From the NCBI GenBank assembly GCA_963693095.2, contig OY843768.1, positions 1,696,001-1,760,000 of the forward strand: a stretch of DNA of 64,000 bases, given 5' to 3'. Positions 1-10,695 of the stretch are shown here, in pieces. The position numbers were made by a program, and so were the translations under genes. The notes beneath the pieces are model-generated. The model worked only from the letters and a program-made list of their open reading frames with translations, did not search any database and was not told the DNA's origin. The stretch comes from Cenarchaeum sp. (GTDB lineage: Archaea; Thermoproteota; Nitrososphaeria; Nitrososphaerales; Nitrosopumilaceae). How positions within the stretch are numbered: the stretch's first letter is position 1; every line of letters begins with the position of its first letter.

Positions 1-318
1 CCTCTCCCACTCGTCAACCTTTAGCCTCTTTACAAAGCTGAGCGGCATGAGGCCCGCATTGTTGATGAGAATGTCAACTGTGCCCCACTCGTCGGCTGCG
101 GCGCGCACGAGCGAGTCGCATGACGCGCGGTCAGTCACGTCAAGTGCGCGATGGAGAGCCTTGCCGCCGGCCGCCTCGATCTCCGTGGCGAGGGCCTCTA
201 GGCGATCCGTCCGGCGTGCGCCGATGGCCACCCTGGCGCCCTCCTTTGCTAGCGCAAGGGCAGTCGCGCGGCCAATGCCGCTGCTCGCGCCCGTGACTAT
301 GGCAACCTTGTCGCGCAT
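1..318 (-). CDS. SDR-family oxidoreductase (5' part; runs off window)
   Basis: Manual translation from ATG at 318 gives MRDKVAIVTGASSGIGRATALALAKEGA...DILINNAG, with the TGxxxGIG and NNAG motifs. It is not in the ORF track because there is no stop in the window. Confidence 0.9.
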   Translation of the reverse strand, partial: MRDKVAIVTGASSGIGRATALALAKEGARVAIGARRTDRLEALATEIEAAGGKALHRALDVTDRASCDSLVRAAADEWGTVDILINNAGLMPLSFVKRLKVDEWER

Positions 319-396
319 CAGGGCGCACCCCGCCGATGTTGCGCTAAATACGTTTGTGAGCTCATTTAAAGAGGGCACGCGCGGCGGCGCGCTGAC

Positions 397-621
397 ATGA
401 AGCTCGTGCCGTGCGCGTACTGTGGGGACATGATTGACCTCCCATTCGAGTGCAGCTATTGCCATGACCCATTCTGCGCTGACCATCGCCTCCCCGAGGA
501 GCACCGCTGCGTAAAGCTGCGCCAGATCCGCTCTAGCCGCTTTGGCGAGCGGGGCGTTGTGCGCGATGCGCCCAAGGGCTCGCGCGGGCTCGTGGGTCGC
601 CTCTTTGGGCGGCGGCGCTAG
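397..621 (+). CDS. AN1-type zinc finger protein
   Basis: CxxC...CxxC...FCxxHRLPEEHxC pattern; TTTAAA box about 30 bp upstream. Confidence 0.85.
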   Translation: MKLVPCAYCGDMIDLPFECSYCHDPFCADHRLPEEHRCVKLRQIRSSRFGERGVVRDAPKGSRGLVGRLFGRRR

Positions 622-896
622 TACGACACGCGCGACGGGTCAAGTGCTGCCCTGCGCGCCTGGTACACTAGCGCGACGGCGAGTGCGACGAGAACGAGTG
701 ATGTGAGCCAGTGCGGCGTGGGCAGCGCAGTCACGTACGCGACTGCAAATGCCACACACGTGATGGCCTGTGTGGTTAGCTTTGTCCACTTTGGCGTGTG
801 GATGAGGCGCCATACGCCCTCGATCACGAGCAGCGCGACTGCCGGCCATGTCGCGAGGAGCAAAAAGTCGATGACATCGACGCCTGTGTGCGACAC
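618..896 (-). CDS. small membrane protein (3 TM)
   Basis: Hydrophobic stretches in ORF 618..1022; probable GTG start at 896. Confidence 0.6.
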   Translation of the reverse strand: MSHTGVDVIDFLLLATWPAVALLVIEGVWRLIHTPKWTKLTTQAITCVAFAVAYVTALPTPHWLTSLVLVALAVALVYQARRAALDPSRVSY

Positions 897-934
897 GCGC
901 GCGCGGCGCGCAGAGCGCCTATTTGTTTTGTGGG

Positions 935-1508
935 CTAGGCCCCGTGCGCAAAGTCGGCCCAGCGCAGGCGGATTGCTGACCCCTGGGCCTCGAGCGTGAC
1001 GGCGTTCTCGAGCGGGAGGCATGCGACCTCGTGCTCGCCGTATGGGCCATAGTTGTTAAGATCGGTGCCGACTAGCTTGTCTATTGGCTGGCGCGTCACG
1101 ACCACTGCGAGCTTTTGGCGGTGGCGCTCGGATATCGTCTCGAGTATCCGCGGCTTTCCCCCAAGGACCGCCGAGAGGACCGCAGAGCGGGCCTCGCGGG
1201 CCTCGTCCTCAAACCCGAGTGCGCGCTTTTCCTCGTCTAGGAGGTTGACATAGTCTGGCGAGCCCGGCTCGGGCGACTTTGACATCCTTGCGTCGACTAG
1301 AAGGACCGCGAGTCCGGTGACAATGGAGAGGAGCGACTCTTGCATCCTTGCGGCCACGCCGTCATACTCCTCGGCGCGGAGGCGCGCGATGAGGCTCGAG
1401 GTGCGCCGGTACGTGTCGCCCTCGATCTCCTGGACCGAGGGGGAGGCCATCTCGGCGGCCACTAGCGCGTGGAGCGCAACGGCGTCATCGTGTCCTTCTG
1501 CTGCCATG
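935..1508 (-). CDS. GINS complex subunit (Gins51/Gins15-like)
   Basis: Helical N-domain plus C-terminal VGTDLNNYGPY...ACLPLENA motif typical of the archaeal Gins51 B-domain; start approximate. Confidence 0.7.
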
Positions 1509-1576
1509 AGGGCGCGCGCAGTGGCGCCCAATCCTTAAATGTTAGCAGGCAGGGGGCCGAAGCCGAGGAGCAAGCG

Positions 1577-3034
1577 TTGCCTTATAGGGTTAGCCACGGA
1601 AAGCCAATACCAGTGGGTTATTCGCCCGACGAGGTTTTCTCAAAGATAAGCCATGACGGCATACGCTTCGTCGACCTCCAGTTCACAAGCCTGCCGGGCC
1701 GCTTTCACCACACGACGATATCAGCAGACACGTTTACGCCCGAGCAGATGCGCGACGGCCTGCCAAAGCTTGACGGCTCGTCGATCGTCGGCTTTACCGA
1801 GATAGAGGACTCTGACCTCCTCCTAAAGCCGGATCCCAACACGTACTCGACGATACCGTGGATGACTGAGAACAAGACGGCGCGCATGCTCTGCGACGTC
1901 TACTGGGGAATGGCCCGCGGGCGCCTCTCGCGCGATCCTCGCGGCATTGCGCAAAAGGCCCAGGCCCATCTCGCCACGCAGGGCTATGACAGCATGTGGG
2001 GGCCTGAAGTCGAGTTCTTTGTCTTCGACAAGGTGACATGGGATGTCCTGACGCCGTACAAGGGCCAGTCATACTCGATAGAGTCAGTCGAGGCGCCGTG
2101 GAGCAGCAACGGTGCCGGATACCCGATGGGCCTGCAGGAGGGATACTATCCGAGCACGCCATCAGACACGCTCACGCCGTTTCGCAACGAGTGTGTCAAC
2201 ATGCTAAACCAGGACTTTGGCATACTGTGCGACAACCACCACCACGAGGTCGCAACTGCCGGACAGTGCGAGATCGACATACGCTACGACTCGCTCACAA
2301 ACTCGGCGGACTCGACGCAGACGTACAAGTTTGTCGTCAGGAATGTCGCCAAAAAGTACGGCAAGGTCGCAACGATGATGCCAAAGCCCGTCTCGATGGA
2401 TGCCGGCTCGGGCATGCACACAAACGTCAGCCTCTGGAAGGACAAAAAGAACGCCTTCTTTGACAAGGACGATCCAGACGAGCTCAGCCAGCTCGGGCGC
2501 TACTTTTGCGGCGGAATCATAGACCACGCGCGCGCGCTCTCGGCGATAACAAACCCAACGACGAACTCGTACCATCGCCTAGTTCCCGGCTACGAGGCGC
2601 CTGTCTACATGGCGTGGAGCGGGAGCAACCGCTCGGCCATAGTCCGCATTCCAAAGCACTTCAAGGGCAAGGGATACGCCCCGCTCAAGCGCCTCGAGTT
2701 CCGCGCGCCTGACCCGTCGGCCAACCCCTACCTGGTCTTCTCGGCGGTCCTCGCAGCGGGCCTAGATGGCATAAAGAAAAAGAAGGATCCCGGTGATGCG
2801 GTCCATGAGGACATATTCAAGATGACAAAGGCCGAGCGCGTAAAGCGCGGGATCGGCGTCCTGCCCTCAAGCCTCGGCGAGGCCATCGACGAGCTAGAGT
2901 CAGACCGCAAGTTCCTCAGCCCCATATTCACCGCCGACGTCATTGACGTCATAGTCGAGCTTGAAAAGCGTGACCAGCGCGAGGTCCTCATAAGGCCACA
3001 CCCCTACGAGTTTGACCTCTACTTTGACGTCTAG
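1577..3034 (+). CDS. glnA: glutamine synthetase type I
   Basis: DGSSI, GPEVEFF, HHEVA, MPKP...GSGMH, RLVPGYEAP and RLEFRAPD motifs; probable TTG start at 1577. Confidence 0.97.
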   Translation: MPYRVSHGKPIPVGYSPDEVFSKISHDGIRFVDLQFTSLPGRFHHTTISADTFTPEQMRDGLPKLDGSSIVGFTEIEDSDLLLKPDPNTYSTIPWMTENKTARMLCDVYWGMARGRLSRDPRGIAQKAQAHLATQGYDSMWGPEVEFFVFDKVTWDVLTPYKGQSYSIESVEAPWSSNGAGYPMGLQEGYYPSTPSDTLTPFRNECVNMLNQDFGILCDNHHHEVATAGQCEIDIRYDSLTNSADSTQTYKFVVRNVAKKYGKVATMMPKPVSMDAGSGMHTNVSLWKDKKNAFFDKDDPDELSQLGRYFCGGIIDHARALSAITNPTTNSYHRLVPGYEAPVYMAWSGSNRSAIVRIPKHFKGKGYAPLKRLEFRAPDPSANPYLVFSAVLAAGLDGIKKKKDPGDAVHEDIFKMTKAERVKRGIGVLPSSLGEAIDELESDRKFLSPIFTADVIDVIVELEKRDQREVLIRPHPYEFDLYFDV

Positions 3035-3315
3035 ATGACGCCGGACATGACGAGTATCAGCGTAAACGAGGTCACGATTATCAGGAATCCTGTCACAAAG
3101 AGCGGCTTTGGCGACTTTGAGCTCGTCGAGCGGTACACGGCGAGGCCGCCGAGCAGGCCCATAAAGAGAACGAGCACGCCGGCTATGACCTCGGCGAGCG
3201 AGCCGCCGCTAACAAACGGGTAAAAGACGCCAGAGAGCAGGGCAAAGAAGCCAATGAGATATGCGACCTTTATGCACGTGAGCGTGCGGCGTCCAAAGCT
3301 GGCCGTGTCGGCCAC
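3031..3315 (-). CDS. small membrane protein (3 TM)
   Basis: Hydrophobic C-terminal part of ORF 3031..3477; in-frame GTG at 3315 just after the thermosome stop. Confidence 0.6.
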   Translation of the reverse strand: MADTASFGRRTLTCIKVAYLIGFFALLSGVFYPFVSGGSLAEVIAGVLVLFMGLLGGLAVYRSTSSKSPKPLFVTGFLIIVTSFTLILVMSGVI

Positions 3316-3326
3316 GTGCGCGTCAC

Positions 3327-5021
3327 TCACATCATCCCGCCCATGTCGCCCATGCCACCCATACCGCCCATGCCTCCCATTCCGGGCATTCCGCCCATGC
3401 CCCCTTCGGGGCCTCCTGGCGGCGGGCCGGCTGACTTTGCGGTGGCCACAACATCGTCGATGCGCAGTATCATGCATGCGGCCTCAGACGCGGCCGAGAC
3501 GACCTGCAGCTTTACGGCGAGGGGCTCAACGATATCGCTTGACTTCATGTTTGCAATGCGCGCGCGTAGGACATCGATGCCGGTCCACTTGTCGCCCTGC
3601 GTCTGCTTTGCGCGCAGCGAGGCGAGCGTGTCTATCGGATCCATGCCGGCGTTCTCGGCTAGCGTGAGGGGTATGACCTCTAGGGCGTCGGCAAAGCGCT
3701 CGATTGCGAGCTGCTCGCGACCCTCGAGGGACTTTGCCCATGAGCGGAGGCGCGTAGCCGCGTACGTCTCTGGCGCGCCGCCGCCGGCGACGACGGAGGG
3801 TGACTGCATGACGTCCTTTACGACCATTATCGCATCATGGACCGAGCGGTCGACCTCGTCGACTACGCGCTGCGAGCCGCCGCGCAGGAGGAGCGAGACG
3901 GACTTTGGGTGGCGGCACCCCTCGATAAAGACCCACTTGTCCTCCTCGATCTTGCGCTCCTCCACGACGGCCGCCGAGCCAAGATCCTTCTCAAAGAGGT
4001 CATCGAGGTTTGTCACGATTCGCGCGCCAGTCGCACGCGAGAGCTTTGTCATGTCGCTCTCCTTTATGCGGCGGACTCCCATAATGCCGGCCTTTGCAAG
4101 GTAGTGCTGTGCCATGTCGTCGATCGCCTTTTGGCAGAGCACGACGGTGGCGCCTGAGCCGATTATCTTGTCGACCATGCCCTTTAGCATCCTGTTCTCC
4201 TCGTCGAGGAACGCCTTCATCTGCTGCGGGTTTTGTATGTTGATCTTTGCGTCAGTCTCGGTCTTTGTGATCTCGAGTGCTGCGTTGATGAGCGCTATCT
4301 TTGCGTCCGTTATGTTGTCAGGCATGCTAGAGTGAACGACCTCCTTGTCGAGTATGACCCCCTCGACTATGGTCGAGTCGCCTATCGAGCCGCCGGCCTT
4401 TTTCTCCACCTTTATGTCGTCATCATCCATGGTGTACGCGTCTCCCTCCTTTTCTGCGACTGCGAGGGCAGCCTTTACGACCATTGCGGCTAGCGCATCA
4501 GAGTCCTTCCTGACGAGCTTTGTCTGCATTGACGTCTTTGCGACCTTTGTGAGCATCGTCTTGTCGCTGGCGCTCACGTCCTCGGATATCTCGACGAGGA
4601 GCTTTTTGGCCTTGGCCGCAGCCCTCCTGTACCCGTCAACGACTATGGTGGGATGAACGTTCTGGTTGAGAAGGCCCTCGGCAGCCTCTAGGAGCCCGCC
4701 GGCAAAGACGACGGCCGATGTCGTCCCGTCGCCGACCTCGTTGTCAGTCGTCTTTGCTATCTCGACGAGCATCTTTGCGGCCGGATGCTGCACGTCTATC
4801 TCCTTTAGTATCGTCGCGCCGTCGTTCGTTATCGTGACGTCGCCTAGCGTGTCGACGAGCATCTTGTCCATGCCCCTCGGCCCGAGGCTAGTCGAGACTA
4901 TCTCGGCGACTATCTTTGAGGCCTGGATGTTGTTCTTGTGGGCGTCTCGACCCTTGGTCTCAGACGCACCGTCCTTTAACAGCACAACTGGCATGTTAGC
5001 CTTTGATGCCTGCACGCTCAT
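3327..5021 (-). CDS. ths: thermosome (group II chaperonin) subunit
   Basis: [17 protein letters not shown] and GDGTT motifs; GGM-rich tail. Confidence 0.97.
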   Translation of the reverse strand: MSVQASKANMPVVLLKDGASETKGRDAHKNNIQASKIVAEIVSTSLGPRGMDKMLVDTLGDVTITNDGATILKEIDVQHPAAKMLVEIAKTTDNEVGDGTTSAVVFAGGLLEAAEGLLNQNVHPTIVVDGYRRAAAKAKKLLVEISEDVSASDKTMLTKVAKTSMQTKLVRKDSDALAAMVVKAALAVAEKEGDAYTMDDDDIKVEKKAGGSIGDSTIVEGVILDKEVVHSSMPDNITDAKIALINAALEITKTETDAKINIQNPQQMKAFLDEENRMLKGMVDKIIGSGATVVLCQKAIDDMAQHYLAKAGIMGVRRIKESDMTKLSRATGARIVTNLDDLFEKDLGSAAVVEERKIEEDKWVFIEGCRHPKSVSLLLRGGSQRVVDEVDRSVHDAIMVVKDVMQSPSVVAGGGAPETYAATRLRSWAKSLEGREQLAIERFADALEVIPLTLAENAGMDPIDTLASLRAKQTQGDKWTGIDVLRARIANMKSSDIVEPLAVKLQVVSAASEAACMILRIDDVVATAKSAGPPPGGPEGGMGGMPGMGGMGGMGGMGDMGGMM

Positions 5022-5123
5022 GGATGAGGGGCTTGAAATATACCTTTTAAACCTTGCCTAGATCCGAGGGTGGGCTCGGCCCTAGCGTGCGCACAGATGT
5101 TTTAAATTGCGAGGCCTGCGCGC

Positions 5124-6494
5124 GTGCGCACGATGGCCACACGCAGGCGGCCTGCCGCCAAGGCGGCCGGTTCGGGCAGCTCGACGGCAAAAAAGGCGTA
5201 TATGCGCGTCTTTGGCTCCCTAAAGGACCATAGCCGCCTCTTCTCAGAGGCCATACCCCTCATAGCCAGCGAGAACATCCCCTCGCCGGCGGTGCGCGAG
5301 GCCCTCCTGTCAGACTTTGGAAACAGGTATGCCGAGGGGTGGCCCGGCGAGCGCGTCTATGCGGGGTGTGCGCATATCGACAAGGTCGAAGTCGAGTGCA
5401 TGAGGCTTGCGAGGAGGCTGTTCAAGGCAGAGTTTGCCGACGTGAGGCCGATCTCTGGCGTCGTCGCAAACCTCGCGATATACTCGGCGTTTAGCGACCC
5501 CGGCGACACGATGATCGCCCCGTCGATACCGGCCGGCGGGCACATCTCGCACGGCAAGCGCGAGCACTCTGGGACAGCCGGCCTCGTCCACGGGCTCAAC
5601 ATTGAGTTTTACCCGTTTGACGCAGACGAGATGGCCATTGACGTTGATGCGACCAAAAAGAAGGTTCGTGCGCTAAAGCGCGACGGGCGCACGCCAAGGA
5701 TGGCGATGCTTGGTGGATCGCTCTTTCTGTTCCCGCACCCCGTCGCCGAGCTCTCCGGATTCTTCAAGTCGCACAAGATGCACCTAAACTATGACGCCGC
5801 GCACGTCGCCGGACTCATAGCCGGCGGCAAGTTTCAGGATCCGCTGCGCGAGGGTGCCGATACCATGACGATGAGCACGCACAAGACGCTCTTTGGGCCG
5901 CAGGGCGGGCTTGTCCTGGGCGCAGAGTCGCACGGCGAGGCCATAAAGCGCGCCGTCTTTCCCGGCCTCACAAGCAGCCATCACATACACCACATGGCCG
6001 CCAAGGCCGTCGCGTTTGCCGAGACGATCGAGTTTGGGCGCGCATACGCCGCGCAGGTCATCTCCAACGCAAAGCGCCTCGCCGAGGAGCTCAGCTCGCT
6101 GGGCCTCTGCGTGCTCGGCGAGCGGCGCGGGTTTACGCAGTCACACCAGATAGCAGTCAACGTCTGGGAGTACGCCGATGGCGGGGCCGTCGAGGCTGCC
6201 CTGGAGAGGGCCAACATCATAGTCAACAGGCAGCTCATACCGGGCGACATAAAGGCAGGCCGCAACTATATGCGCCCCGGCGGCATACGCATCGGCGTCT
6301 CGGAGGTCACGCGCCTGGGCATGCGCGGCGGCGAGATGGCCGAGATTGCGCGGCTCATAAAGGCCGCCATTGTGGACGGGGGCGACGCGCGCAGGATTCG
6401 CACCGCCGCGCGCGAGCTGCGAAAGAGCCACCAAAAGGCGAGATACTGCTTTGACGGGCGCCTCGGCGCCTACGAGTACGTCAGGCTCCGCTAG
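5124..6494 (+). CDS. glyA: serine hydroxymethyltransferase
   Basis: LIASEN, YAEG, GGHISHG and STHKTLFGPQGG motifs. Confidence 0.96.
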   Translation: MRTMATRRRPAAKAAGSGSSTAKKAYMRVFGSLKDHSRLFSEAIPLIASENIPSPAVREALLSDFGNRYAEGWPGERVYAGCAHIDKVEVECMRLARRLFKAEFADVRPISGVVANLAIYSAFSDPGDTMIAPSIPAGGHISHGKREHSGTAGLVHGLNIEFYPFDADEMAIDVDATKKKVRALKRDGRTPRMAMLGGSLFLFPHPVAELSGFFKSHKMHLNYDAAHVAGLIAGGKFQDPLREGADTMTMSTHKTLFGPQGGLVLGAESHGEAIKRAVFPGLTSSHHIHHMAAKAVAFAETIEFGRAYAAQVISNAKRLAEELSSLGLCVLGERRGFTQSHQIAVNVWEYADGGAVEAALERANIIVNRQLIPGDIKAGRNYMRPGGIRIGVSEVTRLGMRGGEMAEIARLIKAAIVDGGDARRIRTAARELRKSHQKARYCFDGRLGAYEYVRLR

Positions 6495-9400
6495 GCATAG
6501 TCGGCAAGAACGGTCTGGTCCCCGCCTGCGCTCCCAAAGACGAGGTCTATCTCGCTGGCCATCATGTAGATTCGCCCGCGCAGGTAGCTCCCGACGTCGT
6601 ACGCGTCGACTAGGCGCGTGGCCATCTTTAGGTACTTTTCGACTGACGGGCGCGTTATCGTCGCGATGAGCTCGTTTGAGCAGTGCTTGCCGTTGACCGT
6701 GTTGATGCACTTGCGCGCAAGGGGCACGCGGCGGTACTTTGTGCCGCATTTTGTGCAGCGAAAGTCCTGCGTCGCGTACGCGCGAAGGTTGCCGGTGAGG
6801 TCCGGAATGAGGTGGGTCGATATCACGTTGGAGACGATCTCTGAGGTGTCGACGGCGTTTATGAGGTCGGCCACGCGTATCTGCATCTCTAGCTTTTCGT
6901 CCATCGAGTTTAGCGTAGAGTATGCGCTGCGGAGGCGCGATGTCACAAGCGACGTCGTCTCATGCGTGAACGCATACTCCCCGTACTGGCTAGCCTTGCC
7001 GATGCGCGACTTTACCGTCTCGACGCACGTTACGTCAGTCGCCTTTGGGGCCTTGAGCGTCGCCTCAAAGAACTCGAGTGGCAGCGAGTCGACCACCTCG
7101 AGGTTGTGGGCCTGGGACTGTGCCTCGTGCGGGAGGACGCGCGGCTGTATGAGGAGCGGCGCGTCCATGAGGCCCCCAATCCGGTCAGAGAGGAACTGGC
7201 GCGAAAAGTTGAGAAAGACGTCCATGAGCATCATCAGCGCGTCAGCATCGCCGTCAGCATCGCGCCTCTTGGCCGAGTGCCAGTTGGGCGTGCCGAGGCA
7301 GACGTGCGTTGCCGCAAAGCCGACCACGCGCGTCACGATTCCCACCGACGTGTGCGGCGCGAGCCCGACGATGATGTGGCCGACGAGGTCGTCCCTGGTC
7401 TTTGCGCCATAATACGGCTTTACGCTATAAAGGCGCTCAAGCTCGGCGTCGACATACTGGCACGCCCTGAGGAGGTAGTCGGCTGCGCCATCGGGTATGA
7501 TCGCGTCCTGCGTGAACAGCTCGACTAGCTGTGAGGGCTCAGTCAGCGGCCGGCCCGACGTGTCCTTTTCGTAGCCGAGCTCCCTGAGGCGGGCCGGCGA
7601 GACGCCTGCCCACTCTGGCCTAAAGTGCGTCAGCGGCGCGTTTGTCGCCTCGTATCTCACGGTCCCGTCCTTGAAGGCGTTGAGGTCGTGGGCCTGCCGC
7701 AGAAGGCCCTTCTCTATGGGCTCGGCGACCTTGCCGTGGCCTGCGAGGCTAGTGACGCCCTTGAGGGGCTCACGCGCCCTTGTCCGGACGCGCTCCTGGG
7801 CCGCGGCGAGGACGCGCTTTAGCGGATAGCGCCTGTGCGCATGCGAGATCGTCTTGCGCTTGCAGCGCGGGCAGCGCTCCTCGTCAGTCTCCACGGCGCA
7901 GCGGCCGCAGCGCCGCGTGGTCTTGGTCGCACCGCCGCACTCGCACCTTGTCGACACGGACGCCTCGCCGCACTCCTCGCACGTGCGGTTTGAGATGTCC
8001 GCAAAGAACTCGTCCTTGGCCACGGCGGCCTTTGCGATGCTGCGCGTCGGCCCGCCGTCATCGCCGACCGGAAAGAGGACGTGGGCGGGGGGCTTCATCT
8101 TGCGCGCGGCGGCCTTTTCGGGCCGGCCCATGCGCACGCCGACTGATGTCGAGAACTTTGGCCGGATCTCGATGCCCGATGCGGCCGTTATGGCCCCAAT
8201 GACGCCGTCAGCGGCGCCCGCGTCAGGGCGGCTCGAGAAGAGGAGGGCCTCAAAGACGCCGGCCTCGTCGCCCTCCAAGACGCACCTTCCGTCGTCGTTC
8301 CTGTGCGGAACCGCAAGGCGCTCGAGGAGCTTTTTTGCGGCCGGCCCGTACACGATGCGGCCCTCGGCGCGCGACTCGGGGGAGAGGAGCGTCTCAAGGC
8401 CCTCAACGGAGACGGCCTCCCAGTAGTGGAGGTATGCGGGATGGAGCGGCATGCCCGAGGAGCGCGAGATCTCCAGGGCCGCCTCGAGCGTCGGGCGGCC
8501 CGCGGCGAGTATTGGGCCGGCGGCCTCCTCGCCGAGCCTCTCGCGCAGCTCGGCGACCCACCACTCCTCGACGTATCCGGACGGGGGCATCTGCGCGCTG
8601 TTCTCGACAAAGTCGCCAAAGGAGACGAGAATGTCGCCTAGGTGGAGTATCTCCTCGATCTCGGTCTTTATTGACATGCCGTGGGCCGCGTCGCGCACCT
8701 TGATGACATCGCCCCCCTTTAGGCGGACCGTCGGCGCCTCTATCGAGTCCACAAAGGCCACCGTGGCGCCCTTGCCGGGAACGTCCGTCTTTACCTGCGT
8801 GCCCACGGCTATCGCGTGGTCGAGTATCTCGGCGACAGCGGGGTGAAGGCCGACGGACGTAAAGCCCGTGTTGCACGCGCGCCCATAGCGGAGCCTAAAG
8901 CCGCCAAGCGTGTTGGGCTTTGAGAGGACGGGGCGGCCCGTGATGACCTCCCTCATGCGCTTCATCGCCGCCGTGTCGTCCTCGTCCTCGGCCCCGAGCT
9001 TTGCCTCTGCGCCCTTTAGCTCGCCAAGCCACTCCCAGCCCGAGATGCCATAGCGCTCGACCCTCTGGCGGAGCTTTTTGGAGCGGCCGATGAGCCCGTC
9101 GTTGAGCACGCGGAGCGCCCCGCCGCGCACGCGGTCAGTCTTTATGCGGGCCATGCCCTTGTGGTTGACGACCTCGTAAGAGTCCGTGTCCACGCCGTCG
9201 AGCTCGACGGGCAGGTTCGTTATCACCTTGACGATGTCCTCGTCGACTACGCGGTACTGAAAGTTGGAGGCCTCGCGCTCGTATATCCGGAGCTCCTCCA
9301 CAAAGCGGCCCGACTCGTCATCAAACGAGTTGGCCTTGTACTTTGCCAGGTTTCCCGCCTGCCTCACGTGATCCGCTATGAGCATCGTGACGGCCGACTC

Positions 9401-9883
9401 TGTGCCCCCGGCCGACCTCATCGGGCCGGCGATCGAGAGTGAGAGGTACTCGGAGCCGTCCCTGTTCCTTTTTATGGAAATGTCGGCGATTCCCTGGAGT
9501 GGGGCGATCGTGACGCCCTCGGTCACCGTGGCCAGGCCCACACGCACGGCCCTATCGAGGCGGTCTATGAGCTCCGAGCCCTCAGGCATGTGGCTTCCCA
9601 GGGCGATCTCTTGCGCTATGATGAGGGCCGCGTGCTCCTTGCCCTTCTCGGCGAGGAGGTCCCTCAGGCGGTCAGCGACGTCAATGTCGAGCATCTTTGA
9701 GACGCGGTCGGCCAGGTCGTGGGCCAGAAGCGCATCTATCTTGGGCGTAGAGTCGGCCATGGAGTTTTTGGCCTCCCTGGCGTGGGCGAGTGCGCGCTCG
9801 GTCTCGGCGACAAGGGAGTCATAGTAGGCGCGGTAGTGGGGCGGCATCTCCGGGCCGCCTAGTGAGACTGCCGTGCTAGGCAC
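6491..9883 (-). CDS. polC: DNA polymerase D large subunit DP2
   Basis: AGPMRSAGGT, GFRLRYGR, zinc fingers, KRRDADGDAD catalytic motif, GGLMDAPL; no intein evident. Confidence 0.97.
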   Translation of the reverse strand: MPSTAVSLGGPEMPPHYRAYYDSLVAETERALAHAREAKNSMADSTPKIDALLAHDLADRVSKMLDIDVADRLRDLLAEKGKEHAALIIAQEIALGSHMPEGSELIDRLDRAVRVGLATVTEGVTIAPLQGIADISIKRNRDGSEYLSLSIAGPMRSAGGTESAVTMLIADHVRQAGNLAKYKANSFDDESGRFVEELRIYEREASNFQYRVVDEDIVKVITNLPVELDGVDTDSYEVVNHKGMARIKTDRVRGGALRVLNDGLIGRSKKLRQRVERYGISGWEWLGELKGAEAKLGAEDEDDTAAMKRMREVITGRPVLSKPNTLGGFRLRYGRACNTGFTSVGLHPAVAEILDHAIAVGTQVKTDVPGKGATVAFVDSIEAPTVRLKGGDVIKVRDAAHGMSIKTEIEEILHLGDILVSFGDFVENSAQMPPSGYVEEWWVAELRERLGEEAAGPILAAGRPTLEAALEISRSSGMPLHPAYLHYWEAVSVEGLETLLSPESRAEGRIVYGPAAKKLLERLAVPHRNDDGRCVLEGDEAGVFEALLFSSRPDAGAADGVIGAITAASGIEIRPKFSTSVGVRMGRPEKAAARKMKPPAHVLFPVGDDGGPTRSIAKAAVAKDEFFADISNRTCEECGEASVSTRCECGGATKTTRRCGRCAVETDEERCPRCKRKTISHAHRRYPLKRVLAAAQERVRTRAREPLKGVTSLAGHGKVAEPIEKGLLRQAHDLNAFKDGTVRYEATNAPLTHFRPEWAGVSPARLRELGYEKDTSGRPLTEPSQLVELFTQDAIIPDGAADYLLRACQYVDAELERLYSVKPYYGAKTRDDLVGHIIVGLAPHTSVGIVTRVVGFAATHVCLGTPNWHSAKRRDADGDADALMMLMDVFLNFSRQFLSDRIGGLMDAPLLIQPRVLPHEAQSQAHNLEVVDSLPLEFFEATLKAPKATDVTCVETVKSRIGKASQYGEYAFTHETTSLVTSRLRSAYSTLNSMDEKLEMQIRVADLINAVDTSEIVSNVISTHLIPDLTGNLRAYATQDFRCTKCGTKYRRVPLARKCINTVNGKHCSNELIATITRPSVEKYLKMATRLVDAYDVGSYLRGRIYMMASEIDLVFGSAGGDQTVLADYA

Positions 9884-10643
9884 GCCTGCCCCCCGAGCCG
9901 AGCGCGCGGGCGATCGCCGAGAGGCGCCTCAGGCCCGATGCGCCAGAGCCCTCTAGGAGCGTCCCTATGACGAGGGCGTCGGCTCCGGCGTCGGCCAGCT
10001 GGCGCGCCGTCTTTGCGTCGCGGATGCCCCCGCCGACTATGATAATCCCGTCAAAGACCCCCCTGACGGCCTTGACCATCGAGGCCTCCACGCTCCTCTT
10101 GGCGCCCGAGCCGGCCTCGAGATACACGAGGCGCATTCCCAGAAACTTGGCCGCTAGCGCGTATGCGGCAGCGATGCGCGGCTTGTCGTGGGGGATGCCC
10201 CGGGCCGAGCCGACAAACCACGCAGACGTTCCCTCGCCCACAACGAGGTACGCCGTCGGCAGCGCCTCGAGGCCAAACTTTAGGACACTCGGCGCGCCGA
10301 GGGCCTGGGCCTGTGTGATAAAGTAGGGGTTCTCCGAGTTCATCAGCGAGCTGAACAGTATCGCGTCGGCCTCTGGAACGACGCCGGTGACGTTGCCGGG
10401 AAAGAGAATGACGGGGATCTTTGTGGCCGCCTTTATGGAGCTGACCGTCTGCGCCATGCCCATCTGGTCCGTCGCCGAGGAGCCGCCCACGAGGATCGCC
10501 GAGGCGCCGAGGCGTTCGGCCTCCGAGGCCAGCCGTGCTGCCTCCTTGCCGTCAGAGGACTCCGAGTCGACTAGAACCAGGATCGCCGCGCGTGCGCGCT
10601 TGGCCTGCTCGCCAAGGTATCGCTCCGTACGCCCCACGGTCAT
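9876..10643 (-). CDS. geranylgeranylglyceryl phosphate synthase
   Basis: AILVGGS, PVILFPG, YLEAGSGA and VGGGIR motifs; true start ATG 10643 with TTTAAA at 10668-10673. Confidence 0.93.
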   Translation of the reverse strand: MTVGRTERYLGEQAKRARAAILVLVDSESSDGKEAARLASEAERLGASAILVGGSSATDQMGMAQTVSSIKAATKIPVILFPGNVTGVVPEADAILFSSLMNSENPYFITQAQALGAPSVLKFGLEALPTAYLVVGEGTSAWFVGSARGIPHDKPRIAAAYALAAKFLGMRLVYLEAGSGAKRSVEASMVKAVRGVFDGIIIVGGGIRDAKTARQLADAGADALVIGTLLEGSGASGLRRLSAIARALGSGGRRA

Positions 10644-10695
10644 CGGCGCCGCGCCGTGGGGCTCTGCTTTAAAGTCTAATCCACCGCCCGTGGCA

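Noticed and set aside
3330-3420. GGM/PGM repeats
   Set aside because: Normal chaperonin C-terminal tail.
6491-9883. Possible intein in PolD DP2
   Set aside because: Length is normal and no intein or LAGLIDADG motifs were seen.
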